Notes: generated by a model not told the origin, from the letters alone. A DNA stretch of 64,000 nucleotides from an uncultured Clostridia bacterium (GCA_947623505.1 CANQGT010000006.1:27994-91993); one strand, 5' to 3'; positions 54,930 through 64,000 are shown, numbered from the stretch's first letter. Translations and numbers: made by a program.

Positions 54930-56015
54930 TTGCCAAACAGATTATTTCAAGGCATTGTAAACCAAATGAGGGATTCGCTTGACAGGAACATCGGCGTTGT
55001 TGACGAAAGCGGTTCCGTTATCGCCTGCTCGGAACTCGGGCAGATAGGAGAAATAAGAAAGGGCGTTGTTTCCGCCGGAGTCTTTTCAGGCGTGCAGACC
55101 TGCGTTGACGGGTGCACCTATAAGGCGTTCGGCAATTCGGTTCACCCCGAGTATGCCGTTTTCCTTGACGGAACGGACGATATGAGCAAGCGTTACGCCG
55201 ATATAATCGCCGTTGCCATGGATCAGATAAAGCAGAACAACGATGAAAAATTCGACCGTTCAAATTTCGTAAAAAACGTTATTCTCGACAATATACTGCC
55301 CGGCGATATTTACATAAAAGGGCGCGAGCTCCATTTCAATAACGACGCCACGAGAGTGGTGTTCATCATCAGAATAGTAAAGCAGACCGACGTTTCGGTT
55401 TACGACGTTATTCAAAATTTCTTCCCCGATAAATCAAAGGATTTCGTTATCAATATAAACGAAACGGATATTGCCCTTATTAAAGAGGTGCGCCAAAACG
55501 TTGAGATGAAGGATCTTGAAAAACTCGCCCGCTCGATATGCGACACTCTGGCAACGGAGTTTTACTGCATGGCGGTAGTCGGCATCGGCACCTGCGTAAC
55601 GGGCATAAAGAGCCTTGCCCATTCGTTTAAGGAGGCGCAGGTGGCGCTTGAGGTAGGCAAGGTTTTTGATACCGAGCAATCGATAGTAAGCTATGAAAAT
55701 CTCGGCATAGCCCGCCTTATATATCAGCTGCCCACAACTCTTTGCGATATGTTCCTCAAAGAGGTCTTCAAGTCGGGCTCGATCGAGTCGCTCGATCAGG
55801 AAACGCTTTTCACAATTCAAAAATTTTTTGAAAACAATCTGAATGTTTCCGAAACGAGCAGAAAGCTGTTCGTCCACAGAAACACTCTTGTTTACAGGCT
55901 TGAGAAAATCAAAAAAATAACGGGGCTCGATCTTCGGGAATTTGACGACGCCATCGTCTTTAAAGTAGCTCTTATGGTAAATAAGTATCTCAACTCAAGT
56001 CCCGTAAAATATTAA
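54930..56015 (+). CDS. PucR/CdaR family transcriptional regulator
   Basis: N-terminal sensor region, GIG...SFKEAQVALEVG, C-terminal NLNVSETSRKLFVHRNTLVYRLEKI HTH; promoter TTGCAA-N17-TATAAT at 54831-54859. Confidence 0.92.
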   Translation: MPNRLFQGIVNQMRDSLDRNIGVVDESGSVIACSELGQIGEIRKGVVSAGVFSGVQTCVDGCTYKAFGNSVHPEYAVFLDGTDDMSKRYADIIAVAMDQIKQNNDEKFDRSNFVKNVILDNILPGDIYIKGRELHFNNDATRVVFIIRIVKQTDVSVYDVIQNFFPDKSKDFVININETDIALIKEVRQNVEMKDLEKLARSICDTLATEFYCMAVVGIGTCVTGIKSLAHSFKEAQVALEVGKVFDTEQSIVSYENLGIARLIYQLPTTLCDMFLKEVFKSGSIESLDQETLFTIQKFFENNLNVSETSRKLFVHRNTLVYRLEKIKKITGLDLREFDDAIVFKVALMVNKYLNSSPVKY

Positions 56016-56132
56016 GCGTTTTTTTCGCCGTCCGGATCGGGCGGCGATTTTCCTTGTTTTCGCGCCGGTTTTTTTAATTGATTTGCTCAAAATTATTAAA
56101 AAAATGTTATTTTTGTAAATTTTTGAATATTG

Positions 56133-56149
56133 TTTACAAAATAGTTACA
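56133..56149 (-). promoter_or_regulatory. WalR/YycF-type direct-repeat box upstream of ftsEX
   Basis: Minus strand reads TGTAAC-TATTT-TGTAAA, matching TGTWAH-N5-TGTWAH; it lies 28 nt upstream of TTGATT-N17-TATTAT (56178-56206). Confidence 0.6.
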
Positions 56150-56292
56150 TAATTTACAGAAAAATTATACCAAGCACTTGATTTATTGTTCGCTTTGCTT
56201 TATTATATATTAGTAAAAAAGCGTAAAGCGTTAAAAAGGCGGCGTTCAAAATCGCCGTCGGGAATTTCAAACAGATAAAGAGGTCTAAAACA

Positions 56293-57126
56293 GTGATTGA
56301 GTTTCGCGACGTATCAAAAGTGTATGACAGTAACGGCACGAAAGCGCTTAACAATGTCAACATAAAAATTGAGGACGGGGAATTTGTTTTCATCGTCGGT
56401 TCGTCCGGCGCCGGAAAAAGCACTTTTTTGAAGCTTATAATGCAGGAGGAAAAGCCTACGAGCGGCGCGGTTATCGTGGGCGATTATTCTTCGGAGACGA
56501 TAAAGAAAAGGCAGATACCGTATTACAGAAGAACTATGGGCATAGTTTTTCAGGATTTCCGCCTTATTCCGAAAATGAGCGTGTATAACAACGTGGCTTT
56601 CGCTATGCGCGTTATAGGCGCTAAGGAAAAGGAAATAAGAAAGAGGGTGCCCTATATTCTTCAGCTTGTGGGGCTTTCCCATAAGGCGCGCTCGATGCCG
56701 TATGAGCTTTCGGGCGGCGAGCAGCAGCGCGTTTCGCTCGCGAGGGCTCTTGTAAACAATCCCAAACTTATCGTGGCCGACGAGCCGACAGGAAACGTCG
56801 ATCCCGAAATGAGCCACGAAATAGTGGATATGCTTACAAAAATCAACAACAACGGAACAACGGTCATTATGGTAACTCACGAGCACGAGCTTGTGCGCGC
56901 TTTCCAGCGCAGGGTTATCGTTATCAAAAACGGGGAGGTCGTTTCGGATACTCCCGATCCCACCCACGCTCAGTTTGATTTCGATGAGGAAGAAAAGGGA
57001 ACGGATATGTTCTTTTACAACGAGGACGTAAAGTTGGGCAACGATGTGGAGGATATATTCGATTCTATCGACGATTCGCCCTACGACGGGCAGGGCGACC
57101 GATTCGGCAACGGAGGTGAGGAATAA
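56293..57126 (+). CDS. ftsE: Cell division ATP-binding protein FtsE
   Basis: GSSGAGKST, RRTMGIVFQDFRLI, LSGGEQQRV, ADEPTGNVDP; GTG start; acidic C-terminal tail. Confidence 0.95.
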   Translation: MIEFRDVSKVYDSNGTKALNNVNIKIEDGEFVFIVGSSGAGKSTFLKLIMQEEKPTSGAVIVGDYSSETIKKRQIPYYRRTMGIVFQDFRLIPKMSVYNNVAFAMRVIGAKEKEIRKRVPYILQLVGLSHKARSMPYELSGGEQQRVSLARALVNNPKLIVADEPTGNVDPEMSHEIVDMLTKINNNGTTVIMVTHEHELVRAFQRRVIVIKNGEVVSDTPDPTHAQFDFDEEEKGTDMFFYNEDVKLGNDVEDIFDSIDDSPYDGQGDRFGNGGEE

Positions 57127-58046
57127 TGACCGCGTCAAGCTTCAGATACCTTTTTAAAGAGGGTTTCAGAAATATTTGGACAAACAGTATGATGAGCATT
57201 GCTTCCGTGTGTGTGCTTATGAGCTGCCTTGTGCTTATAGGCGGCGCTTCGATGATATTCCTCAATATAGATTCGCTGCTTGGCAGAATAGAGCAGGAAA
57301 ACGTTATAATGCTTTATATTGAGGACGATACGACCGATGAGGAAATAAGCGACATGGAGCATTCGCTCAGAAAAATAGACAATATTGCCGATGTTGAATT
57401 TATAGATAAGGAATCGGCATGGCAGGAGCAGCTTGAAACTATGGAGGACGCTCAGGCGGAGTATTTTACGGAGATAAGCTCTGAAATACCGTTGCCGGAC
57501 GCGTACAAAATAACGGTGGACGATTTGACTCAGTTTGACCAGACCGTTAAGGAAATAAAAAATCTTGACCATATCGACACACTGAGGGAAAACAGGGATC
57601 TCGCGAAAAGGCTCGTTTCCATTCGCCACGGAGTGGAGATAATCGCCGTGGTAATAATAATCGTTCTTCTCGCGATAAGCCTTTTCATAATTTCAAACAC
57701 GATACGGCTTACGGTATATTCAAGAAGGCTTGAGATAGGAATAATGAAATCCGTGGGAGCCACCAACAGCTTTGTGCGATTGCCGTTTATAGTGGAAGGT
57801 ATGATACTCGGCATAATCGCGGGCATTATTTCGCTCGGGCTCGTTTGGCTGTTCTACGGCTTCGCGATAAATCAGTTCGGCGAGATACTCGGTTATCTTA
57901 ATCTTAACGCTCTTGATTTCAAGAATTACGCCCTTCCGATGCTCGGGGCTTTCGTCTGCATCGGCACTCTCACCGGCGTATGCGGCTCGGCGATTACGAT
58001 GGGCAGGTATCTTAACAGGGAAGGCAGTGAAATAAGCGGTGTCTAA
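57126..58046 (+). CDS. ftsX: Cell division permease FtsX
   Basis: KEGFRNIW..MSIAS, large extracellular loop, ISNTIRLTVYSRRLEIGIMKSVGAT, PFIVEG. Confidence 0.94.
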   Translation: MTASSFRYLFKEGFRNIWTNSMMSIASVCVLMSCLVLIGGASMIFLNIDSLLGRIEQENVIMLYIEDDTTDEEISDMEHSLRKIDNIADVEFIDKESAWQEQLETMEDAQAEYFTEISSEIPLPDAYKITVDDLTQFDQTVKEIKNLDHIDTLRENRDLAKRLVSIRHGVEIIAVVIIIVLLAISLFIISNTIRLTVYSRRLEIGIMKSVGATNSFVRLPFIVEGMILGIIAGIISLGLVWLFYGFAINQFGEILGYLNLNALDFKNYALPMLGAFVCIGTLTGVCGSAITMGRYLNREGSEISGV

Positions 58047-59259
58047 GTTTACAAAAGTCTTGTGCCTTTTGTTCTGCGTTCTTATGATTTTTTCGGCCTC
58101 AATGTCGGCAAGCGCTAAATCAACGTCGGAGTTGAAGGATGAGAGAGAAAAAATACGCAGCGAAATAGAGGCGGCGCAGAGCAAGATAAATTCTCTTAAA
58201 CAGAAAAAAGAAAAACAGCAGGAATATGTGAACGCCCTTATGGAAAAGATAGATTTGATTCAGGATAAACTGGATAATCTTGAAAATCAGAGGGACGCTT
58301 TGCAGAGCGAAATAGACGCTTTGCAGAAAAAAATAGACGATACCGAAAAGCAGATAGAGGAAACTCAAAAACAGATTGAGAAAAAGCAGGCGGAATTCAG
58401 GGATATTTATGATCTTTACTGCCAGAGACTGCGAGCCATGTATATTTCGGGCAACGTTTCCACTCTTGAGATTTTTCTCGACAGCGGCTGGGATATGAGT
58501 TCTCTGCTCACCCGCGCGCAGATGGTTAAATCCATTGCGGAAAAGGACAATGAAACGCTTGACAAGCTTATGGAAATGATGCAGGTGATAACGCAGCAGC
58601 GCCAGCTTCTCGCGGAAAAAAGTGTTGAGCTAAAAGAGGATAAGGAAAAGCTGGACGCTCAGAAGGCAGATCTTCAAAGCTCGATAAAAGATATAAGCGC
58701 CTCCAAAAGCGAGCTTGACGCGGAGGTTGCCGAATGCAACGCCGCGATAAGAAAGCTCAACAGCCAGACGGCGGAATTTCAGGAAACGATAGAAACGGAT
58801 CAAAACAGACTTAACGAGATAGAGGACGAGATACGCAACGCCGCGAATGCCGGCGCGCCGACAGGCTCATATACGCCCGGCACCGGCTCGCTCGGTTATC
58901 CGACAAGCTACAGAAGAATATCGGCGGGTTATCCGAATTATTCAAGCGGCAGGTATCACGGCGGTCTTGATTTCCCCTGCCCCACGGGAACAACGGTTTA
59001 CGCGGCGGATTCGGGATATGTATCGCTTGTAAAATATCTTACATACAGCTATGGCAGATATGTTATGATAAATCACGGAAACGGGCTTTCAACGCTTTAC
59101 GCCCACAACAGCTCGATACTTGTAAGCGAAGGCCAGGCAGTTACGAAAGGTCAGGCTATCGCGAAGTCGGGCGCTACGGGTAACGCCACCGGTCCGCATT
59201 GCCATTTTGAGGTCAGGAAAAACGGAACGAGAGTAAATCCGTGGAATTATCTCGGCTGA
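58039..59259 (+). CDS. Secreted coiled-coil plus M23 endopeptidase, copy 1
   Basis: Signal peptide, PcsB/CwlO-type coiled coil (RLRAMYISG), HGGLD and HCH zinc motifs. Confidence 0.9.
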   Translation: MSKFTKVLCLLFCVLMIFSASMSASAKSTSELKDEREKIRSEIEAAQSKINSLKQKKEKQQEYVNALMEKIDLIQDKLDNLENQRDALQSEIDALQKKIDDTEKQIEETQKQIEKKQAEFRDIYDLYCQRLRAMYISGNVSTLEIFLDSGWDMSSLLTRAQMVKSIAEKDNETLDKLMEMMQVITQQRQLLAEKSVELKEDKEKLDAQKADLQSSIKDISASKSELDAEVAECNAAIRKLNSQTAEFQETIETDQNRLNEIEDEIRNAANAGAPTGSYTPGTGSLGYPTSYRRISAGYPNYSSGRYHGGLDFPCPTGTTVYAADSGYVSLVKYLTYSYGRYVMINHGNGLSTLYAHNSSILVSEGQAVTKGQAIAKSGATGNATGPHCHFEVRKNGTRVNPWNYLG

Positions 59260-59297
59260 GGCTTTCGAGAAAATTTTAAAAGCAGGGAAGTGAATCA

Positions 59298-60734
59298 ATG
59301 AAGCGGTTCGGCATATTAAAAAAATTTTTATCGGTTTTGTCGGTTTTCTGCGTCATTGCGTTTTCCTGCGCTTTTTCCGGCGAAAATGTGTTTGCCGATG
59401 AAAAGCTTTCGCCTGAGGAGGAAAAGGCCGCCCTTGAGCAGAGAATCAAGGAAACGAACAGCAAGCTTGCTGAGCTTAAGGCCGAGTCCGCCAACACTTC
59501 GGAATATATGAATACGCTGAGCAGCAAGATAAGTTATCTTGAGCAGGAGGCGGAGCTTGTTTCGGATGATGTGAAATCGTACGAAAGCAAGGTTTCCTCA
59601 CTGCAAAGGCAGTGCGAGGAAAACGAAAAGGCGATACTTTCCACGCAGGAGGAAATAGACGAGTTGAACGTAAAACTCGGCGAATACAACGAGGCGTTCA
59701 GCGATAATTTCGACGCTTACTGCAAGCGTCTGCGCGCGATGTATGTGAGCGGCGAGACCGATATTTTCACTTTTTTGCTTACAAGCAGCGATATTTCGCA
59801 GTTTCTTACAAGATATGAGATGCTCCGCCGAGTCGCCAAGAAAGACAGCGACCTTCTTAAAAGCATCGAAAATGAACTCAACGAGATGGAAAAGATGTCG
59901 GACGAGCTTGCCCAAAAGGACGAAACGCTCACGCAGCGCCGTACGGAGCTGCTTATGGGCAAAGAAGAGCTTGAGGAAAATATTTTAAAACTGAACGAAA
60001 AGAAAAGCGATCTTGACGCGAAAAAAACAAATCTTTCCGCCGAAAGGGCAAGCGCTAATATTCTTTTAAAGAAGCTCAGCGACGAGACGGGCTATTATAC
60101 GGAATTTCTTCAGGACGACAGGGAAACGCTCGAAGAGCTTGACAGGGAGATAGAAGAAGCGGCCAAAAAGTATGCCGAAAGCCTTTCCACCACCACAACG
60201 ACCACGAAAAAACCGCAGACCACGCAGGGTGGGGAACACGGCGATGAAAATAATGATGTCAGCGGTGAACAGTCCTCTGAAAGCAACTCCTCTCAGTCGG
60301 GCAGTTCCTCAAGATATATCGAGCTGACGTATCCCGTGCCGTCTCAAAAAAGAGTTACATGCGGCATTCACGGTTACGCAGGGCACAGCGGCGCGGATTT
60401 TGCCTGCCCCACGGGCTCAAGGGTAGTCGCCGCGGAATCGGGAACGGTAATCATTTCAAAGGATCTTACAAATCCCGACGGTTCCTACAGAAGCTACGGA
60501 AGATATATAATAATAATGCACGATAAGACAACTTCCTCGGGAGATATGGTATATACTCTTTATGCGCACAACAGTTCAAGGGTGGCATATGAGGGGCAGC
60601 ACGTTGAAAAGGGGCAGCTCATAGCCTATTCGGGAAGCACAGGAAATTCTACGGGGCCGCATTGCCATTTTGAGGTCAGAACCCCCTCGTCAAATTATTC
60701 CGACTGCAAGGATCCCGAAAAATATCTCCCCTAA
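59298..60734 (+). CDS. Secreted coiled-coil plus M23 endopeptidase, copy 2, with a Thr/Ser-rich linker
   Basis: Signal peptide, RLRAMYVSG, HSGAD and HCH motifs. Confidence 0.9.
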   Translation: MKRFGILKKFLSVLSVFCVIAFSCAFSGENVFADEKLSPEEEKAALEQRIKETNSKLAELKAESANTSEYMNTLSSKISYLEQEAELVSDDVKSYESKVSSLQRQCEENEKAILSTQEEIDELNVKLGEYNEAFSDNFDAYCKRLRAMYVSGETDIFTFLLTSSDISQFLTRYEMLRRVAKKDSDLLKSIENELNEMEKMSDELAQKDETLTQRRTELLMGKEELEENILKLNEKKSDLDAKKTNLSAERASANILLKKLSDETGYYTEFLQDDRETLEELDREIEEAAKKYAESLSTTTTTTKKPQTTQGGEHGDENNDVSGEQSSESNSSQSGSSSRYIELTYPVPSQKRVTCGIHGYAGHSGADFACPTGSRVVAAESGTVIISKDLTNPDGSYRSYGRYIIIMHDKTTSSGDMVYTLYAHNSSRVAYEGQHVEKGQLIAYSGSTGNSTGPHCHFEVRTPSSNYSDCKDPEKYLP

Positions 60735-60767
60735 TGAAAAATTCGCATAAACTTCGGATGTGAGATA

Positions 60768-62216
60768 ATGAAACACAGAATTTTAATAAAGCTCGCGGCC
60801 GCGCTTACAGCGCTCTCAATGGCCTTTACCGCTTTTACCTCGGGCAGTATGTATTCTTTGGCGGACGATTCGCCGTCTCCCGATTCGGCGGTAACGGAGC
60901 AGGGCGGCGCGGAAAGCGAAAAAACCGAAAAGGAAAAGGAGGACGCCCGCAAGAAGCTCGAAACGCAGCGGGCGGAATTTGAAAGAAGCATAAAGGAGCT
61001 TGAAAAAAGGCTTGCCGATCTTTCGGCCGAGTCAAAGGAAACGGAAGAATACATAGACACGCTCGACGAAAAAATAGGTTATCTTAACGAAGAGCTGACA
61101 TTGCTTGACATTCAGATAAACTCATATATTGAAGATATTGACGCGCTTGAAGCGCAGATAAGCGAAAATCAGGCGCAGATAGACGCGCTTCAGGCGGAGG
61201 TCGACGCGGTCCAGTCAAAGCTTGACGAGCTAAACCGTCTGTTTGAGGCGAAATACGAAGCGTACTGCCTCAGGATGAGAGCCGTGTATGTCTCAGGTAC
61301 TTTAAGTCTGTTCACGGCATTGCTGACTTGTGATGATATTTCAAGCTTTTTCACAAGGTATCAGATGATAAAATCAGTTTCAAAAAGCGATTCCGCGCTT
61401 CTCGTTGATATTGAGGAGGAAACGCAGAGCATTTTGGCGCAGGAAACCGACCTGAATGAAAAAAAGGCTTCGCTCGACAAGATGAAATCCGATCTTTTTG
61501 AAAAGAAAAACGGCCTTCAGGCAAAGAAAAACACTCTGAGCGCCGCGCAGGAGGAAATGGCAAGAAAGAAGGTGGCCCTCTCAAGCGATAAGGCGGAAAG
61601 CGATAAGCTTTTCGCGGAGCTCACCGCCAAAAACGGAATGTATACGGAATTCAGAAACGAGGACGCCGAGGTAAAAAAAGCGGTCGAAAAGGAAATATCG
61701 GATCTTATAAACGGAATAATAAAGCCCGAGGACGTCACCCTCGGCACAACTGGCGACAGAGACGAAACCGTTTCAACGACTTATCTTTATACGGACGTTC
61801 ATTATAATTCGGACGCCGTGTTGAATATGACTTATCCCGTCCCCGGCCATTACGGCATTTCAGCGGGCTTCCCGAATTATTCAAACGGCAGTTATCACGG
61901 CGGTATAGATTTCCCCTGCCCGCAGGGAACAAACGTTGTCGCCGCGCAGTCGGGCGTGGTTATTTTAGTTAGGCTTCTGAATAAGAGCTACGGCCACTAT
62001 GTTATGATTTATCACGGCACCGATTCAAAGGGCAGAACGATAGTCACCCTTTACGGCCACAATTCAAAAATCCTTGTTTCAACGGGCGATACAGTCGCGA
62101 AGGGTCAGGTAATAGCGAAATCCGGCAGCACCGGCAATTCCACCGGTCCACACTGCCATTTTGAGATAAGAATAAGCAACAAAAGAACAAATCCGTCAAA
62201 TTATCTGAGCAAGTGA
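60768..62216 (+). CDS. Secreted coiled-coil plus M23 endopeptidase, copy 3
   Basis: Signal peptide, RMRAVYVSG, HGGID and HCH motifs. Confidence 0.9.
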   Translation: MKHRILIKLAAALTALSMAFTAFTSGSMYSLADDSPSPDSAVTEQGGAESEKTEKEKEDARKKLETQRAEFERSIKELEKRLADLSAESKETEEYIDTLDEKIGYLNEELTLLDIQINSYIEDIDALEAQISENQAQIDALQAEVDAVQSKLDELNRLFEAKYEAYCLRMRAVYVSGTLSLFTALLTCDDISSFFTRYQMIKSVSKSDSALLVDIEEETQSILAQETDLNEKKASLDKMKSDLFEKKNGLQAKKNTLSAAQEEMARKKVALSSDKAESDKLFAELTAKNGMYTEFRNEDAEVKKAVEKEISDLINGIIKPEDVTLGTTGDRDETVSTTYLYTDVHYNSDAVLNMTYPVPGHYGISAGFPNYSNGSYHGGIDFPCPQGTNVVAAQSGVVILVRLLNKSYGHYVMIYHGTDSKGRTIVTLYGHNSKILVSTGDTVAKGQVIAKSGSTGNSTGPHCHFEIRISNKRTNPSNYLSK

Positions 62217-62842
62217 TGAACAGAATAAATTACAGCGTAAAAACCGAAGAAATCATTAAAATCAATAAGAGAGAGCAAATTATGCCCTCTCTTTTGCTTC
62301 ATGCCTGCTGCGCCCCCTGCTCAAGCGCCTGCCTTGAATATCTGAATGAAAATTTTAAAGTAACGGTGTTTTATTACAATCCGAATATTTCTCCGATGGA
62401 GGAGTTTGAAAAGCGCCTCGCGGAGGAAAAAAGACTTGTTCTCGAAATGCCGCTTGCCGAAGAGGTGCGTATTATCGAAGGCGAATACGACCACGGCGAA
62501 TTTTTAAATGCCGTGCGCGGGCTTGAGGGCGAGCCCGAGGGAGGCAAGAGGTGCTTTGAGTGTTACCGCCTGAGACTTGAAAAAACGGCGGCGCTCGCCA
62601 AGGAGAAGGGCTTTGATTATTTTTGCACCACGCTTTCGATAAGCCCGTTAAAAAACGCCCAAAAGATAAATGAGATAGGCTATGAAATCGGCGAAAAGTA
62701 CGGCGTAAAATGGCTGCCGTCCGATTTCAAGAAAAAAGAGGGCTATAAACGCTCGATAGAGCTTTCAAAGCGGTACGGACTTTACAGGCAGAATTACTGC
62801 GGCTGTGTTTTTTCAAAAAAGGGGGAAGAAAAAGATGAATAA
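62216..62842 (+). CDS. queH: Epoxyqueuosine reductase QueH (DUF208)
   Basis: LLHACCAPCS, YYNPNI, RCFECYRLRL, FCTTLSISP, YRQNYCGC. Confidence 0.92.
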   Translation: MNRINYSVKTEEIIKINKREQIMPSLLLHACCAPCSSACLEYLNENFKVTVFYYNPNISPMEEFEKRLAEEKRLVLEMPLAEEVRIIEGEYDHGEFLNAVRGLEGEPEGGKRCFECYRLRLEKTAALAKEKGFDYFCTTLSISPLKNAQKINEIGYEIGEKYGVKWLPSDFKKKEGYKRSIELSKRYGLYRQNYCGCVFSKKGEEKDE

Positions 62843-64000
62843 CGATCCTCTCGCGTCAAGAATGCGGCCGACCGAGCTTTCGGATATAGTGGGTCAGCGG
62901 CATTTGCTCGAAAAGGGAAAACCGCTTTACAATATGATAGAAAGCGGAAATATTCCAAACCTTATATTTTACGGCCCGTCTGGCGTGGGCAAAACAACGC
63001 TCGCGTCGATAATCGCTCAAAAAACGAAACGCGCGCTTCGCCGGCTGAACGGCACGAACGCCTCAACTCAGGATATAAAGGATATTGTGGCGCAGCTTAA
63101 CACCTTTGAGGCGCCTAACGGAATTTTGCTCTATCTTGACGAGATACAGTATTTTAACAAGCGCCAGCAGCAAAGCCTGCTTGAATACATAGAAAACGGC
63201 AAAATAACCCTTATCGCCTCAACAACCGAAAATCCGTATTTTTATATATATCCCGCCATACTTTCCCGTTCAACGGTGTTTGAGTTTAAAACGGTTGATT
63301 GGCAGGATGTGATGATCGCCGTAAACAGGGGCTTTGATTTTCTTTCGGATGAAAACGGCGTGAAAATAACCGTTGAGGACGGCGTTGCCGAAAAAATAGC
63401 GAGGGGCTGCGGCGGCGACGTGCGCAAGGCTCTGAACGGAGTTGAAAACTGCTTTTTCTCAACAGATACCGTTGACGGCGAAAAGCGTATAACGCTTGAT
63501 TTCGCCGAGCAGCTAACGCAGAAAAGCGCCGTAAAATACGATCGAGAGGGCGACGAGCATTACGATATAATTTCAGCGTATCAGAAAAGCCTTCGCGGTT
63601 CCGATCCCGACGCGGCGTTGCATTATCTTGCGAGGCTTTTGGAGGCCGGGGATCTGCCCTCCGCCTGCCGCAGGCTGATGGTTTGCGCCTGCGAGGACGT
63701 GGGGCTCGCGTATCCGCAGATAATACCTATCGTTAAGGCCGCTGTTGACGCGGCGCTTATGGTAGGTTTGCCCGAGGCGAGAATACCGCTTGCGGACGCG
63801 GTTATACTTGTTGCGATGAGCCCAAAGAGCAACGCGGGCGCAGGAGCGATAGACGAGGCTATCGAGGACGTTAAAAGCGGCAATTACGGGCCGATACCGC
63901 GCAGTCTGCAAAATAAGCATTACGACGGGGCGGACGCTGAGGTAAAAGGGCAGTTTTATCTTTATCCGCACAGTTTTGAAAATCATTGGGTGGAGCAGCA
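62835..64000 (+). CDS. rarA: Replication-associated recombination protein A (AAA+), 3' end outside the window
   Basis: Not in the ORF track. ATG 62835 reads MNNDPLASRMRP...IVGQRHLL; also YGPSGVGKTT, LDEIQYFNKRQQ, TTENP, GDVRKALN, KSLRGSDPDAA, CEDVGLAYP. Confidence 0.95.
   Translation, partial: MNNDPLASRMRPTELSDIVGQRHLLEKGKPLYNMIESGNIPNLIFYGPSGVGKTTLASIIAQKTKRALRRLNGTNASTQDIKDIVAQLNTFEAPNGILLYLDEIQYFNKRQQQSLLEYIENGKITLIASTTENPYFYIYPAILSRSTVFEFKTVDWQDVMIAVNRGFDFLSDENGVKITVEDGVAEKIARGCGGDVRKALNGVENCFFSTDTVDGEKRITLDFAEQLTQKSAVKYDREGDEHYDIISAYQKSLRGSDPDAALHYLARLLEAGDLPSACRRLMVCACEDVGLAYPQIIPIVKAAVDAALMVGLPEARIPLADAVILVAMSPKSNAGAGAIDEAIEDVKSGNYGPIPRSLQNKHYDGADAEVKGQFYLYPHSFENHWVEQ

Noticed and set aside
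415-63986. Many long antisense or alternate-frame ORFs in the track (for example 3711-4493, 21980-22708, 39189-39956, 41318-42019, 52805-53428, 56314-57138)
   Set aside because: They lie wholly over well-supported genes, lack RBSs and recognisable motifs, and are the expected shadows of biased codon usage.
1-64000. CRISPR arrays, tRNA or rRNA genes, IS elements, integrases, prophage or anti-phage defence genes
   Set aside because: No regularly spaced repeats, structural RNA signatures, transposase or recombinase motifs, or defence-type domains were seen by eye; an Infernal, tRNAscan or DefenseFinder run would be needed to exclude small elements.

Overview
A gene-dense chromosomal window from an anaerobic Firmicute (Clostridia; probably Oscillospirales, inferred from gene content and order). 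It holds about 52 protein genes, from a glmS truncated at the left edge to a rarA truncated at the right edge. Most are housekeeping: rpe, mgtE, zapA, maf, rsmA, split transketolase, ddl-murI-DUF1934-argS, serC-serA, DAHP synthase, galM, hflX, ftsEX and queH. I saw no rRNA, tRNA, CRISPR array, IS element, integrase or prophage. The best candidates for undescribed biology are: (1) a dedicated two-gene operon encoding an IscU/NifU-like Cys protein and a GGGtGRT protein; (2) a long GPH-type MFS transporter translationally coupled to a membrane-anchored BspA-type LRR protein, next to a cytoplasmic GH27; (3) ftsEX followed by three tandem coiled-coil/M23 endopeptidases with intact zinc motifs, with a perfect WalR-type box upstream; (4) an actinobacterial-style FHA-RodA-PbpA cluster; (5) an orphan radical SAM enzyme and an orphan DRE-TIM aldolase; (6) several recurring, unassigned promoter and leader motifs. 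All product calls come from motif recognition by eye; no database searches were run.
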